Shown: in pieces, positions 10,322 to 19,568 of the stretch
Position numbering within the stretch: the stretch's first letter is position 1
How the letters are laid out: each line of letters opens with the position of its first letter
Assembly (NCBI GenBank): GCA_045627865.1
Contig: JAZQOK010000003.1
Span: 4,316 to 68,315 of the forward strand
Source: Bacteroidales bacterium
GTDB taxonomy: Bacteria > Bacteroidota > Bacteroidia > Bacteroidales > UBA3663
Length of the DNA stretch: 64,000 nucleotides
Reading direction: 5' to 3'
The notes under the pieces: model-generated
Databases searched by the model: none
The model's input: the letters and a program-made list of their open reading frames with translations, nothing else
What the model was told of the DNA's origin: nothing
Made by a program: the position numbers and the translations under genes

Positions 10322-11622
10322 TAGATCTCATTCTTTTCTTTGACGTGTATCTTCTTTAATAAACGTAAGCTGTAGGTGGCCTTGGTGCCACCTTTTGTTA
10401 TGCTTGCAGAGGAAGAAGAGAGACTGAATGTATGAAAAGCGTCGTTACATAGATAACGCAGATTGTCTCCATCGGCGTCTGTAAGGCTCAATATGGGCAG
10501 ATTATAGTTCGATAGTATATTGTTTAAGGTCGATGCACGATTGCCCGCGTAGAGACTTCTTAGGGCATACGCCTCCTCTTTGGTTGGAATATGCCACTGA
10601 CTGATTCTTCCGGACAATGTGCCTCCCTCCTGATAGGCAGAGGCAATGTCTGAGGCCTCTGTTCCATAATCAACAGAATTGGCAGAGTGGATAGATTCCC
10701 ACTCGTTGATGCTCAATAACCAGAAATCAGCTTCATTATCTTCACCTTTCTCTTGATAGGCGACAATATGGCCGTCCCATATACCGGGTACGCTCGGCAG
10801 TGAAGCGAGGAAAATCGTGTCCTCTTTGGAAGTTCCATGCGATACGCTTGGGTCAATCAAGACATCATTGGCCAAAAGCCCCGATGTTGAGGGCTTCAGT
10901 TCATATTTATAACCTGCTTTGATAGGATAGGGTAGAATATAACCATAATTTAGAGTGGAATCTGTACGTATAACTTCCATACTGACAATCGTATTGGTAC
11001 CTTGACCCGGAAAGAGATGAAAGGGACCTGCCTGCCAGGTGTTATTCTGTCTTTCGCAAGCAACAGAGAAAGCCTTTGGTTCTTCGTAGCTTGCCTGAAG
11101 GTTGACTTTTGTATAGAGGGAACTCAACTGGACATTGACTTGCTTGGTACTGGACGCAAGGTTTTTGCTAGCGATAGATATTTCGGCCGTTTGCGGCAAC
11201 AGTTGGAGATACGTACGTGCCGTTTCAGAGGCTAAAGTAACATCTGCCTCTCCCATATAGAGTGCCTGAGCCGGGAGAGAACTCTTGGAGAGCGAAATCT
11301 GAGAATCTAAAGAGAATGCATTGGGAAGATTGTAATAGGAGGTTCCTGATAAGGCTACAATGCGGTAACTGCCCCACGTCAATGAGATTGGCATGGATGG
11401 CATGTCGTAGGTCAAAGTACAATCTTTGATTCGGTTGCCATCACGGTCAAAGATCAACAGATTAACCGGATAGGAAATGTAAGAGGAAGAGAAGACCGAA
11501 ATCTGCAGATTGCAGAGGCTTCCAGCATTCTCTTTGTTTCCCTTTTCGCTCTCTACTTCGTCAATCGGATCATAACAGGCCGAGAAGAGGAGCAATATGA
11601 ATAAATTAATCAGGTGTTTCAT
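10318..11622 (-). CDS. Hypothetical lipoprotein, FimB/Mfa2-like N-terminal region
   Basis: Lipobox LFSAC then acidic YDPIDE; YPVNLLIFD...LTWGSYRIVALSG resembles type V pilin N-domains. Confidence 0.45.
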   Translation of the reverse strand: MKHLINLFILLLFSACYDPIDEVESEKGNKENAGSLCNLQISVFSSSYISYPVNLLIFDRDGNRIKDCTLTYDMPSMPISLTWGSYRIVALSGTSYYNLPNAFSLDSQISLSKSSLPAQALYMGEADVTLASETARTYLQLLPQTAEISIASKNLASSTKQVNVQLSSLYTKVNLQASYEEPKAFSVACERQNNTWQAGPFHLFPGQGTNTIVSMEVIRTDSTLNYGYILPYPIKAGYKYELKPSTSGLLANDVLIDPSVSHGTSKEDTIFLASLPSVPGIWDGHIVAYQEKGEDNEADFWLLSINEWESIHSANSVDYGTEASDIASAYQEGGTLSGRISQWHIPTKEEAYALRSLYAGNRASTLNNILSNYNLPILSLTDADGDNLRYLCNDAFHTFSLSSSSASITKGGTKATYSLRLLKKIHVKEKNEIY

Positions 11623-11643
11623 CGTATTAGCGGTGTATATTGA

Positions 11644-13662
11644 TTATAGATTGTCGAAGAAGTATTGGGCAATCCTCGTCAGCAGATGAACACGGTCCTT
11701 GCCGCGCACATTGTGCGGATGGTTGGCGTAGAGCATGAAATCCGGATAGGTGCCAGCTTCAACTGAATTCTTTAGGAATTGAATGGACATCTGTGGGACA
11801 ACAGTGTCATCCTGATCATCGTGTATAATCAGCAATTTTCCTTTCAGTTTACCAGCCTGTTTGATGAGGCAGTTCTTTTCGTAGCCTTTAGGGTTGTCTT
11901 CAGGAGTACCCATGTAGCGTTCGCCATACATTACCTCGTATCGGCTCCAATCGAGTACTGGTCCACCGCAAACACCTACCTTGAAGATGTCTGGATAGTT
12001 CAGTTTGAGGTAGGTAGTCATAAAGCCACCATAGCTCCAACCATAAACACCGATACGTTCAGTATCGATATACGGCAGAGATCTGAGCAGTTCGACACCC
12101 TTTAATTGATCGGCTGCTTCAGCCTCGCCCAAATTGTGCCAGATAGCCTGTTCAAAGGCTAATCCACGGTGTGCTGAGCCACGTCCATCGACGGTTAGAA
12201 CAGCATATCCTCGAAGAGCCATGTAACAATCCCAGCCTGGTAGGTTGTGGTCAAGACCTTCAGTCACCAATTGGGCATGTGGACCATTGTAGACATAGAT
12301 GATGGCAGGATATTTCTTGTCTTGGTTTTTGTCGTAATCCAAAGGTTTGGTCAGTCGATAATAGAGATCAGTCTCTCCATCAGCTGACTTAATGGTGCCG
12401 AATTCCACCTGTGGACGACGATAGTTCTCGAAAGGATTAGGAGCAATGTAGAGCACCTTGCGTTTCATGTCCTGCAAAGTGATAAGTTGGCAGACGCGTG
12501 GGGTGAAGACATTATTGTACGAATCATATACCTCAGTAAAGTCTTCATTGATCTTGATACGATGGTTGCCCTGTTCTGGAGTGATACAGACAGGTTTTCC
12601 ATGCTTCAGGTTGAGGCTATAGAGATGATTTTCGCGAGGATCAGCTTCGGTCGAGGTAAAATAGAGTGCTTTGGCCTCTGGATCAGCTCCAAACAATTGC
12701 GTTACCTCGAACTTACCCTTGGTCAGTTGTCTGCTCTTCATGCCCTTATAGGTATGATACAGTTTCTGAGGCTTGGCTGACTCATAGGCGTGTTTAGTTG
12801 CGCTGAAATCGATCCCAGTAATATTATATAGATAGAGGTGATCCCATCCGTCGCGTTCATCTTGCCAGATGAATTGGTCGTTGCTGCCTGGCAGGAAATA
12901 AAGCGGATGCTCAGGCTCAACATATTTATCTGCTTTTTCGCTGAAAAGAGTTGCCAGATAGTTGCCCGAAGCGACATCATACACGTTTAATTCCATGTAG
13001 TTCTGCTTGCGGTTCAACTCGGCCACGAAGATCTGCTTGCCGTCAGGACGCCAAGAAACGCAGGTTAGATAATGCTCTGCATCGTTGAGTGATGCTTCGT
13101 CGTCAGAATCATGGTTGGGCTTGTCGTTGGTCTGAAGGTAGACGGTCTTGCGGCTTTTGCTGTCGTAGATGCCTATTGTAACCTGATGGCTGGTCATGCC
13201 TGCCATCGGGTATTTACGCCAACGAACGGTTGCCTCACGGTCGTCGGTCTGTACCAATGGATAGCTCTGTACCATCGACTCGTCCATACGGTAGAAGGCA
13301 AGTTTGCGGTTGTCCTTGCTCCAGAACAAACCTCTATCGATACCGAATTCGTTGCGATGTACAGATTCTCCATACATGATTCCCTTTTCATCTTTTGGAA
13401 GCTGATTGCGCCAGATTTCCTCCAATTCTGCTGTCGGTGATTTCTCTTTGGCAATCGCTTTTGCCTCCTTGACATCTTCGGGAAGAGTGTACTCAAACTT
13501 GCCCTCCTTGTTCCAACGGGTATTCAACAACGATTTTGCATACAGGAAATCCGGTGACCCGGATGTGAGTTGGGCCATCGAGAGCAATTTTTCGTTGTTG
13601 GTTGCAGAGGCAACAGTTGTTGATGCTAATAGCATAGCCAGAAAGGCAAGTTTGAGATTCAT
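11644..13662 (-). CDS. S9B peptidase (dipeptidyl-peptidase IV / prolyl tripeptidyl peptidase-like)
   Basis: Signal peptide, DPP-IV propeller (HRNEFGI, YPMAG), GWSYGG nucleophile motif, DDTV, HPH. Confidence 0.92.
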   Translation of the reverse strand: MNLKLAFLAMLLASTTVASATNNEKLLSMAQLTSGSPDFLYAKSLLNTRWNKEGKFEYTLPEDVKEAKAIAKEKSPTAELEEIWRNQLPKDEKGIMYGESVHRNEFGIDRGLFWSKDNRKLAFYRMDESMVQSYPLVQTDDREATVRWRKYPMAGMTSHQVTIGIYDSKSRKTVYLQTNDKPNHDSDDEASLNDAEHYLTCVSWRPDGKQIFVAELNRKQNYMELNVYDVASGNYLATLFSEKADKYVEPEHPLYFLPGSNDQFIWQDERDGWDHLYLYNITGIDFSATKHAYESAKPQKLYHTYKGMKSRQLTKGKFEVTQLFGADPEAKALYFTSTEADPRENHLYSLNLKHGKPVCITPEQGNHRIKINEDFTEVYDSYNNVFTPRVCQLITLQDMKRKVLYIAPNPFENYRRPQVEFGTIKSADGETDLYYRLTKPLDYDKNQDKKYPAIIYVYNGPHAQLVTEGLDHNLPGWDCYMALRGYAVLTVDGRGSAHRGLAFEQAIWHNLGEAEAADQLKGVELLRSLPYIDTERIGVYGWSYGGFMTTYLKLNYPDIFKVGVCGGPVLDWSRYEVMYGERYMGTPEDNPKGYEKNCLIKQAGKLKGKLLIIHDDQDDTVVPQMSIQFLKNSVEAGTYPDFMLYANHPHNVRGKDRVHLLTRIAQYFFDNL

Positions 13663-13704
13663 AAATGGTGTGATAGGATTAACAATCTAGTTGCTAACTT
13701 TCAA

Positions 13705-15492
13705 TTATTTCTTGTCGTTGCTGAAATCAAGTACATGTTTGCTCATGTCGAAATCAGGAGAGAACATCGGACGGTTTGGATCGTATTCACGACGCTTGCG
13801 AGGTGCGTGTGGCTTCTCAGCACCCTCTTCTGCTTTCTTGAATGGCTTACGCTCCTTGTCAAAAGGTTTATGGTCTTTGTCAAAAGACTTACGTTCCCCT
13901 TTGGCAAATGGTTTCTTATCGCCCTCTTTACGGAATGGCTTCTTGTCGCCATCCTTGCGGAAAGGTTTCTTCTCCTTGTCGTCGGCTGACTTAGCCGAGA
14001 TAGATCCATCTTTGTTTACTTTGTAAGCACGCTCTGTACCACTGTCCTTGGTGCGACGTGGTTTGCGATCTTCCTCCTTCTTGAACTTACGATCCTTGTC
14101 GAAAGGCTTCTTGTCTCCATCGCGACGAGGTTTCTTATCACCGAACTTCTTGTGCTGGTGCTCGAACTTACAATCCTCTTTCTCGTCTGCCGATTTCTTG
14201 TCCAGTGCCTTGCCGCCGGCACGGAACTCATCAAACTTACCGCTGAAGAGTTCGTACTTACGCAACTGGCAGTCAATACCACCGTTGTTGAGATCAATCT
14301 TGATCGATGGCTTGAGACCGATATAGTCGAATGGCTCAGCCTCAACCTTCTGTCCAGTACGTGGGTCTTTGACAGTTACCTTTTCTTCGCTTGAGATAAT
14401 CCAAGCTTCAGCACCCTGGAACTGCTTCTTCAACACTGAACCAACCATGCGATAGAAGGTTGGAACGTCGGTAAAGAGACGTTTGCCATAAGGAGGGTTC
14501 GCAATCACCATCAAACCAGGAGCATCCTGTCCTTCGGCTTTGAGTTGCTGGGTGTATTCGCTCTGTGGAGCTTGTTTGGTATCCTCGAAGTCGCAAACGT
14601 CGAGGGTGATGTATTTTGACAAACCTGCAGCACGTACATTCTCGCGGGTTGCTTCAATGGCAACTTTCGATACATCGGCACCGAAGATGTGGAATTGGAA
14701 CTCACGCTCCTGACTGTCGTCGTCATAAAGATTCTGCCACAACTCCTCGTCGAACGCCATGTCGCCAACGGTCCAACGCTGGAAACCAAAGTTCTTGCGA
14801 TACAGGCCGGCTGGAGTGTTGGTCGCAATCAAAGCAGCCTCAATCAGGAAAGTACCCGAACCACACATTGGGTCAAAGAGGTCACGCTGACCATCCCAAC
14901 CTGCCTTGAGCAGAATACCTGCAGCCAACACCTCGCTGATAGGAGCATCGGTCAGCTGTTCTTTGTAACCACGCTTGTAAAGTGGTTCGCCGCTGGCATC
15001 CAACGAAATCTGGCAATCGCTACGACCACCATTCTCATGAGCCTCAGCGGTATCTGCGATGTGCAGATTCAACTGAACATCAGCGCTGGCTACAGCTACC
15101 TTCGGACGTTTCATGTTGTGCTCTACGAACCAGTCGCAGATAGCATCCTTGGCGCGATAGATAGCGTAGCGGGAATTGCGGAAGTTCTCGCTGAAGATAG
15201 TATTGTCGATGGCGATGGTCTGACCCTCGGCTACATACTTAGACCAGTCAATAGCCTTGATGCAGTTATAGAGTTCGTCAGGATCACCTGCCTGGAATTT
15301 TTCGACCGGTTTCAGTACACGGAGTGCGGTACGAAGCCAAAGGTTGGCTTTGTAAAGTAATTCCTTATCACCCACAAAACTAACCATGCGGGTTCCGATG
15401 ATGATGTTGACACCTCCCAGTGTCTCAATCTCTTTGGCCAGGATTTCCTCGAGGCCAGCCAATGTTTTGGCTACAATCTGAAATTTATCCAT
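13705..15492 (-). CDS. THUMP-domain class I SAM-dependent rRNA methyltransferase (RlmL-like) with Lys-rich repetitive tail
   Basis: GEPLYKRGY, LAAGIL, DPMCGSGT, NPPYG; C-terminal KKPF repeats. Confidence 0.9.
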   Translation of the reverse strand: MDKFQIVAKTLAGLEEILAKEIETLGGVNIIIGTRMVSFVGDKELLYKANLWLRTALRVLKPVEKFQAGDPDELYNCIKAIDWSKYVAEGQTIAIDNTIFSENFRNSRYAIYRAKDAICDWFVEHNMKRPKVAVASADVQLNLHIADTAEAHENGGRSDCQISLDASGEPLYKRGYKEQLTDAPISEVLAAGILLKAGWDGQRDLFDPMCGSGTFLIEAALIATNTPAGLYRKNFGFQRWTVGDMAFDEELWQNLYDDDSQEREFQFHIFGADVSKVAIEATRENVRAAGLSKYITLDVCDFEDTKQAPQSEYTQQLKAEGQDAPGLMVIANPPYGKRLFTDVPTFYRMVGSVLKKQFQGAEAWIISSEEKVTVKDPRTGQKVEAEPFDYIGLKPSIKIDLNNGGIDCQLRKYELFSGKFDEFRAGGKALDKKSADEKEDCKFEHQHKKFGDKKPRRDGDKKPFDKDRKFKKEEDRKPRRTKDSGTERAYKVNKDGSISAKSADDKEKKPFRKDGDKKPFRKEGDKKPFAKGERKSFDKDHKPFDKERKPFKKAEEGAEKPHAPRKRREYDPNRPMFSPDFDMSKHVLDFSNDKK

Positions 15493-15531
15493 ATAAAATA
15501 TTTGGGTTATAATAATCTAATCTATCTCTTC

Positions 15532-16419
15532 TTATTTAGTTAAGGGTTGGGGCATATCCTGCTTGTAGAACAGCTTGGTGTTGGCAGGAACATCGCGGGT
15601 AACCCAAAGGTTGCCACCGATGGTCGATCCTTCGCCGATGGTGATACGTCCCAGGATGGTGGCATTGGCATAAACCACCACATTGTCGCCCAAAATAGGG
15701 TGACGTGCAATGCCTTTGACAAGCGATCCATCCTCCTCCTGAGGGAAGTTCTTGGCACCCAAAGTAACACCCTGATAGAGGGTGACATTGTGGCCAAGAA
15801 TAGCTGTGGCTCCAATCACGACGCCAGTGCCATGATCGATGGCAAAGGAATGTCCGATGGTGGCACTTGGGTGGATGTCGATGCCTGTCTCGCTGTGTGC
15901 CAACTCTGTAATCATACGGGGGATGAGTGGACAATCAATCACATCCAGCGCATGGGCAATGCGGTAGTTCGTGATGGCTCTCATGCCCGGATAACAGAGA
16001 ATCACTTCTCCTAAGTTATGGGCAGCCGGGTCATTACGATACATGGCAACAACGTCGGTGGCCAACAATTCACGAAGCTCCGGCAGTTGCTCTACGAACT
16101 TTTTGGCACGGCGAACGGCTGCATCGCGAACTACCTCCTGTTCGACGAAATCTTCGCCATTGGTAAAGGCTAATCCAGCCATGATCTGCTTGACCAGTTT
16201 CTCGTAGAGTCGCTCTACACCGACACCAATGTGATATTGGAGTGCTCCGTTGAGTACAGATTTGCCATAGTATCCCGGAAAGAGGACACTACGGCATATC
16301 TCCACAATATCGCGGAGTTCCTGTACCGAGGGGAATGGAACCCCCTCGATGCCATAATGATGTAATTCGCTGTTCGAGATGTCGCTCAGTTCAGCGATGG
16401 TCTTGTCAAAGTTATGCAC
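15532..16419 (-). CDS. cysE: Serine O-acetyltransferase
   Basis: DPAA, YPG, TGIDIHP, IDHGTGVVIG, YQGVTLG, RHP hexapeptide region. Confidence 0.93.
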   Translation of the reverse strand: MHNFDKTIAELSDISNSELHHYGIEGVPFPSVQELRDIVEICRSVLFPGYYGKSVLNGALQYHIGVGVERLYEKLVKQIMAGLAFTNGEDFVEQEVVRDAAVRRAKKFVEQLPELRELLATDVVAMYRNDPAAHNLGEVILCYPGMRAITNYRIAHALDVIDCPLIPRMITELAHSETGIDIHPSATIGHSFAIDHGTGVVIGATAILGHNVTLYQGVTLGAKNFPQEEDGSLVKGIARHPILGDNVVVYANATILGRITIGEGSTIGGNLWVTRDVPANTKLFYKQDMPQPLTK

Positions 16420-16438
16420 AATGAAAAATGAATTGTCA

Positions 16439-16508
16439 AGTTATTAGTTACGAGTTATTAGTTATTAACTTCGAAAAACCTAACTATTAACTTTTAACTA
16501 ATAACTTA
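16439..16508. repeat. Two inverted arrays of heptamer repeats (AGTTANN x4 / TAACTNN x4)
   Basis: agttatt agttacg agttatt agttatt ... taactat taacttt taactaa taactta. Confidence 0.75.
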
Positions 16509-16520
16509 ATTTTCTCAAAA

Positions 16521-17744
16521 TTACTTGATTCCGTACTTCTTCTTCAACTCCTTGCTGATAGCATTCTTGTTGACTACATAATTAATGGTCTTGGCAGCGC
16601 AGAATTCAGGAGTCATGTACCAGATACCATTGTACTTGCCGGTCTTGCCCCAAGAGTTCTTGATCATGTAGTACTTGTTACCCTGTTGATCCTTGGCAGT
16701 ACCGAACAGGTGCATGCCGTGGTCATCTCCAGTTTCGAAGTTATCGAAACCACGCTGACGGCTTTCTGCTGTAACCTGCTTCTGTGGCAATGGCTTCTTG
16801 CTGATCTCAGCACCCTTAGCCTTACGGTCCAACTTCAACCAACGAGCCTGATCTGCACCTGGAGCATCTGGAGCATCCATGTCTGGATAAAGAGCCAAGC
16901 CATCGCGGGTGAAACCATCTTCGCTTACGTCACCACCCCAAAGAACAGTGTAACCAGCCTTGATGGCATCGTCGATGATCTGCATCATGTCGGCCAACTC
17001 GAGGTTCAGGCTCTCGCCCCAACGCCAGTTGTCCTGTACTTCGATTACAAAACCTTTGCCGAGGTTGGCTCCAGTAGAGTATGGATGATGGGTGAAACTG
17101 GTGATGCTTACATAGTCGTCGGCGTTCAAGCCTGTGCTCTGGGCAAAAGTCATTGGGGTATACTCCTTGCCCTCGTACTTGAACTTCTCAGGCAATTTGC
17201 CTAGGTAAATTTCGTGAACGGCACGAACGGCCTTCTTCCACAGAGCCTCGCCATCAGGGCTGAACTGAAGTTTTGTACTCTTGGCAGCAGCCTGAACGAG
17301 TGGATCGGTCATGGCACTCAACTCCTTGTGGTTTGAGAGGGAATCACCATACATAACACCTGCAGGCATCTCGCAATCAGGTACGAGGCCATAGTTGCGG
17401 AGGCAATACATGATATCGACAAACGAACCACCCTGAGAGAATGATACATCACCATGCATACGTACAGATTTGTCGGCACGGTCCATATAGGTATTCTCAA
17501 CAACGAACATCTCTGCAAAATCATAAACCTTTCCGCTCTTCTTGAGTACCTCGCTCTCGAGGAAGCTCATACCAGAATAGCTCCAGCAAGTACCAGCATT
17601 CTTCTGGTTCTTGATAGGAGTGATTGCAATTGAATCGACGGTTGTAAACTGGAATCCTTCAGCAGAATCCTTCTTCTGTTCCTCTTGTGCGTAGACTGCG
17701 CTCGACATGGCGATAGCAGCAGCCAGAATCATCACTTTCTTCAT
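16521..17744 (-). CDS. pepC: Aminopeptidase C (C1 cysteine peptidase)
   Basis: Q..GTCWS catalytic Cys, DDHGM His, KNSWG Asn; signal peptide. Confidence 0.9.
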   Translation of the reverse strand: MKKVMILAAAIAMSSAVYAQEEQKKDSAEGFQFTTVDSIAITPIKNQKNAGTCWSYSGMSFLESEVLKKSGKVYDFAEMFVVENTYMDRADKSVRMHGDVSFSQGGSFVDIMYCLRNYGLVPDCEMPAGVMYGDSLSNHKELSAMTDPLVQAAAKSTKLQFSPDGEALWKKAVRAVHEIYLGKLPEKFKYEGKEYTPMTFAQSTGLNADDYVSITSFTHHPYSTGANLGKGFVIEVQDNWRWGESLNLELADMMQIIDDAIKAGYTVLWGGDVSEDGFTRDGLALYPDMDAPDAPGADQARWLKLDRKAKGAEISKKPLPQKQVTAESRQRGFDNFETGDDHGMHLFGTAKDQQGNKYYMIKNSWGKTGKYNGIWYMTPEFCAAKTINYVVNKNAISKELKKKYGIK

Positions 17745-17753
17745 AATAACACT

Positions 17754-19421
17754 TTATTTTTTTGATTTATTATTTTTCTTTTTGGTTTGTTTGGGAGCCG
17801 AAAGGATCTCTTTATAACGCTTCTCATCGCTCAAAAGACTGACGGCTTCGTGTACGAGGGTATCCTTCTTCAGCGTCTGCTGTATCATGCCGTGGCGGAA
17901 ATGATAACGGAGCTCCATCTCCTGCTGGAGTTCATCCATAATCTCTGCCTGAAGGCTATCCAGATCATGCTCGAGGTCAATCTTCATCAACTTGAGTACC
18001 GTATCGCGACGAGTAGCTATCACTTCGCGCTTGAAATCAGCATAGATCGAGTCATCTATTACAGGCATCTCGGCATGTTGGCCACGAAGTCTGTTTGCGA
18101 AATGGAACAGCCTATTCTCGCGCTGCAGATAGAAAGAGAGATTACTGATCAGCTGAGGTTTGACCTCGATGTCTGGCTTGATGCCACCACCATCACGAAC
18201 TTCACGTCCTGCAGCAGTGTGGAAGACGTGTGTCAGGGAATCAGGAATTCGTCCGAGGTCAGGTGCATCTTCGCCTGCCTCCCAACGGGCCACACGCTTT
18301 GCCTGATAATCGATGGCTTGAATACAACGTCCGCTTGGGATGTAGTACTTGGCCGAAGTTAGTTTGATGAGGGTGTTGTATGGCAGTGGACGGGTGCTTT
18401 GTACAAGGCCCTTGCCATAACTGCGTTCGCCCATAACGACTGCGCGATCCAAATCCTGAAGAGCACCACTGGTGATCTCACTGGCTGAAGCCGAACTGCG
18501 GTTTACTAGTATAGCTAACTTCAGATCTGGTTCGATCGGAGGGGTATTGGTTCGGTAAGTACTGTTCCAATCGCTGATTTTGGCTTTGGTTTCAACCACA
18601 ATGCTGCCCTTAGGCACAAACATACCGACAATTTTTACAGCCTCATCAACCAAACCGCCAGGGTTGCCACGCAGGTCGAGTACGAGACCTTTTAGTTGTT
18701 TCGGGTTTTGAGTTTCGGGTTTTGAGTTATCGTTCAGTTGGCTCAGGGCATTCTGTACTTCGAGAGCCGCCTTGTCGGTGTAGTTGCTGAGCTGAATATA
18801 GGCGATGCTGTCGTTCAACCATCCATAGTAGGGAACAGCATCCATGACAATCTTACGTCGGGTGATGGTAACTGTGCGTGGTTCTGCCTCGCCTGGGCGT
18901 AGAAATTTCAGTTCGAACGAAGTGTTCGGCTGTCCGCGCAGGTGCTCACTGACGTACGAGGTTGTCTTCTTAATCATGTTTTCCCCATCGATGGCAAGCA
19001 GGCGGTCACCTGGCCAAAGTCCGACCTCCGATGCCGGCATCTTGTCGTAAGGTTCGCTCACGCAAACGGTGTCGCCCATTTGCATAATGATGGCTCCGAT
19101 GCCGGCATATTCGCCTGTGGTCATGGTCTTAAATTCTCCTTGATCCTCTTCGGTGTAGAACTGGGTATAGGGATCCAATTCCTCGAGCATGGCATCGATA
19201 CCTGCGGTAAGTACACGGCTCCAATCCACACTATCGACATAATGTGTCTGTAGTGTGCGAATTGCAGAACCTAAAATTTCCATGTATTGTTGGGCATTCA
19301 ACCGATTGTCAGTTGTTTTCTTCTCTGGGGTTGAGGGCTGTTCTCCGGCTTGTACTGGTTGACAAGTCAGCATCAAAATGCACCATAACAGAGCCCATTT
19401 GCCCGTAGTTAATCCTTTCAT
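17754..19421 (-). CDS. S41A C-terminal processing protease (PDZ)
   Basis: LDPYT, DLRGNPGG, SASASE, GKGLVQ, YYIPSGRCIQ. Confidence 0.93.
   Translation of the reverse strand: MKGLTTGKWALLWCILMLTCQPVQAGEQPSTPEKKTTDNRLNAQQYMEILGSAIRTLQTHYVDSVDWSRVLTAGIDAMLEELDPYTQFYTEEDQGEFKTMTTGEYAGIGAIIMQMGDTVCVSEPYDKMPASEVGLWPGDRLLAIDGENMIKKTTSYVSEHLRGQPNTSFELKFLRPGEAEPRTVTITRRKIVMDAVPYYGWLNDSIAYIQLSNYTDKAALEVQNALSQLNDNSKPETQNPKQLKGLVLDLRGNPGGLVDEAVKIVGMFVPKGSIVVETKAKISDWNSTYRTNTPPIEPDLKLAILVNRSSASASEITSGALQDLDRAVVMGERSYGKGLVQSTRPLPYNTLIKLTSAKYYIPSGRCIQAIDYQAKRVARWEAGEDAPDLGRIPDSLTHVFHTAAGREVRDGGGIKPDIEVKPQLISNLSFYLQRENRLFHFANRLRGQHAEMPVIDDSIYADFKREVIATRRDTVLKLMKIDLEHDLDSLQAEIMDELQQEMELRYHFRHGMIQQTLKKDTLVHEAVSLLSDEKRYKEILSAPKQTKKKNNKSKK
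18698..18728. repeat. In-frame 14-bp (2x7) tandem repeat in the S41 protease (NSKPETQNPK)
   Basis: tttcgggttttgag x2 perfect. Confidence 0.7.
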
Positions 19422-19441
19422 TCTATATAAATAATGTGTGG

Positions 19442-19551
19442 CAAATATACTTATTTTTTTAGAATCTAGAACTTTTGACTTCTATTTTTTATACTTTTCG
19501 GCACTTTTCGTTTGGATTTCTTGTGTTTGTCAATGGAATATGCTAAATTTG
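19442..19551. promoter_or_regulatory. Divergent -7 promoter boxes (S41 gene on -, GH137 gene on +)
   Basis: TATATTTG on minus (19442-19449); TAAATTTG on plus (19544-19551) with TTTG at about 19526. Confidence 0.6.
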
Positions 19552-19568
19552 CGCCAAAAAGTAGAATA

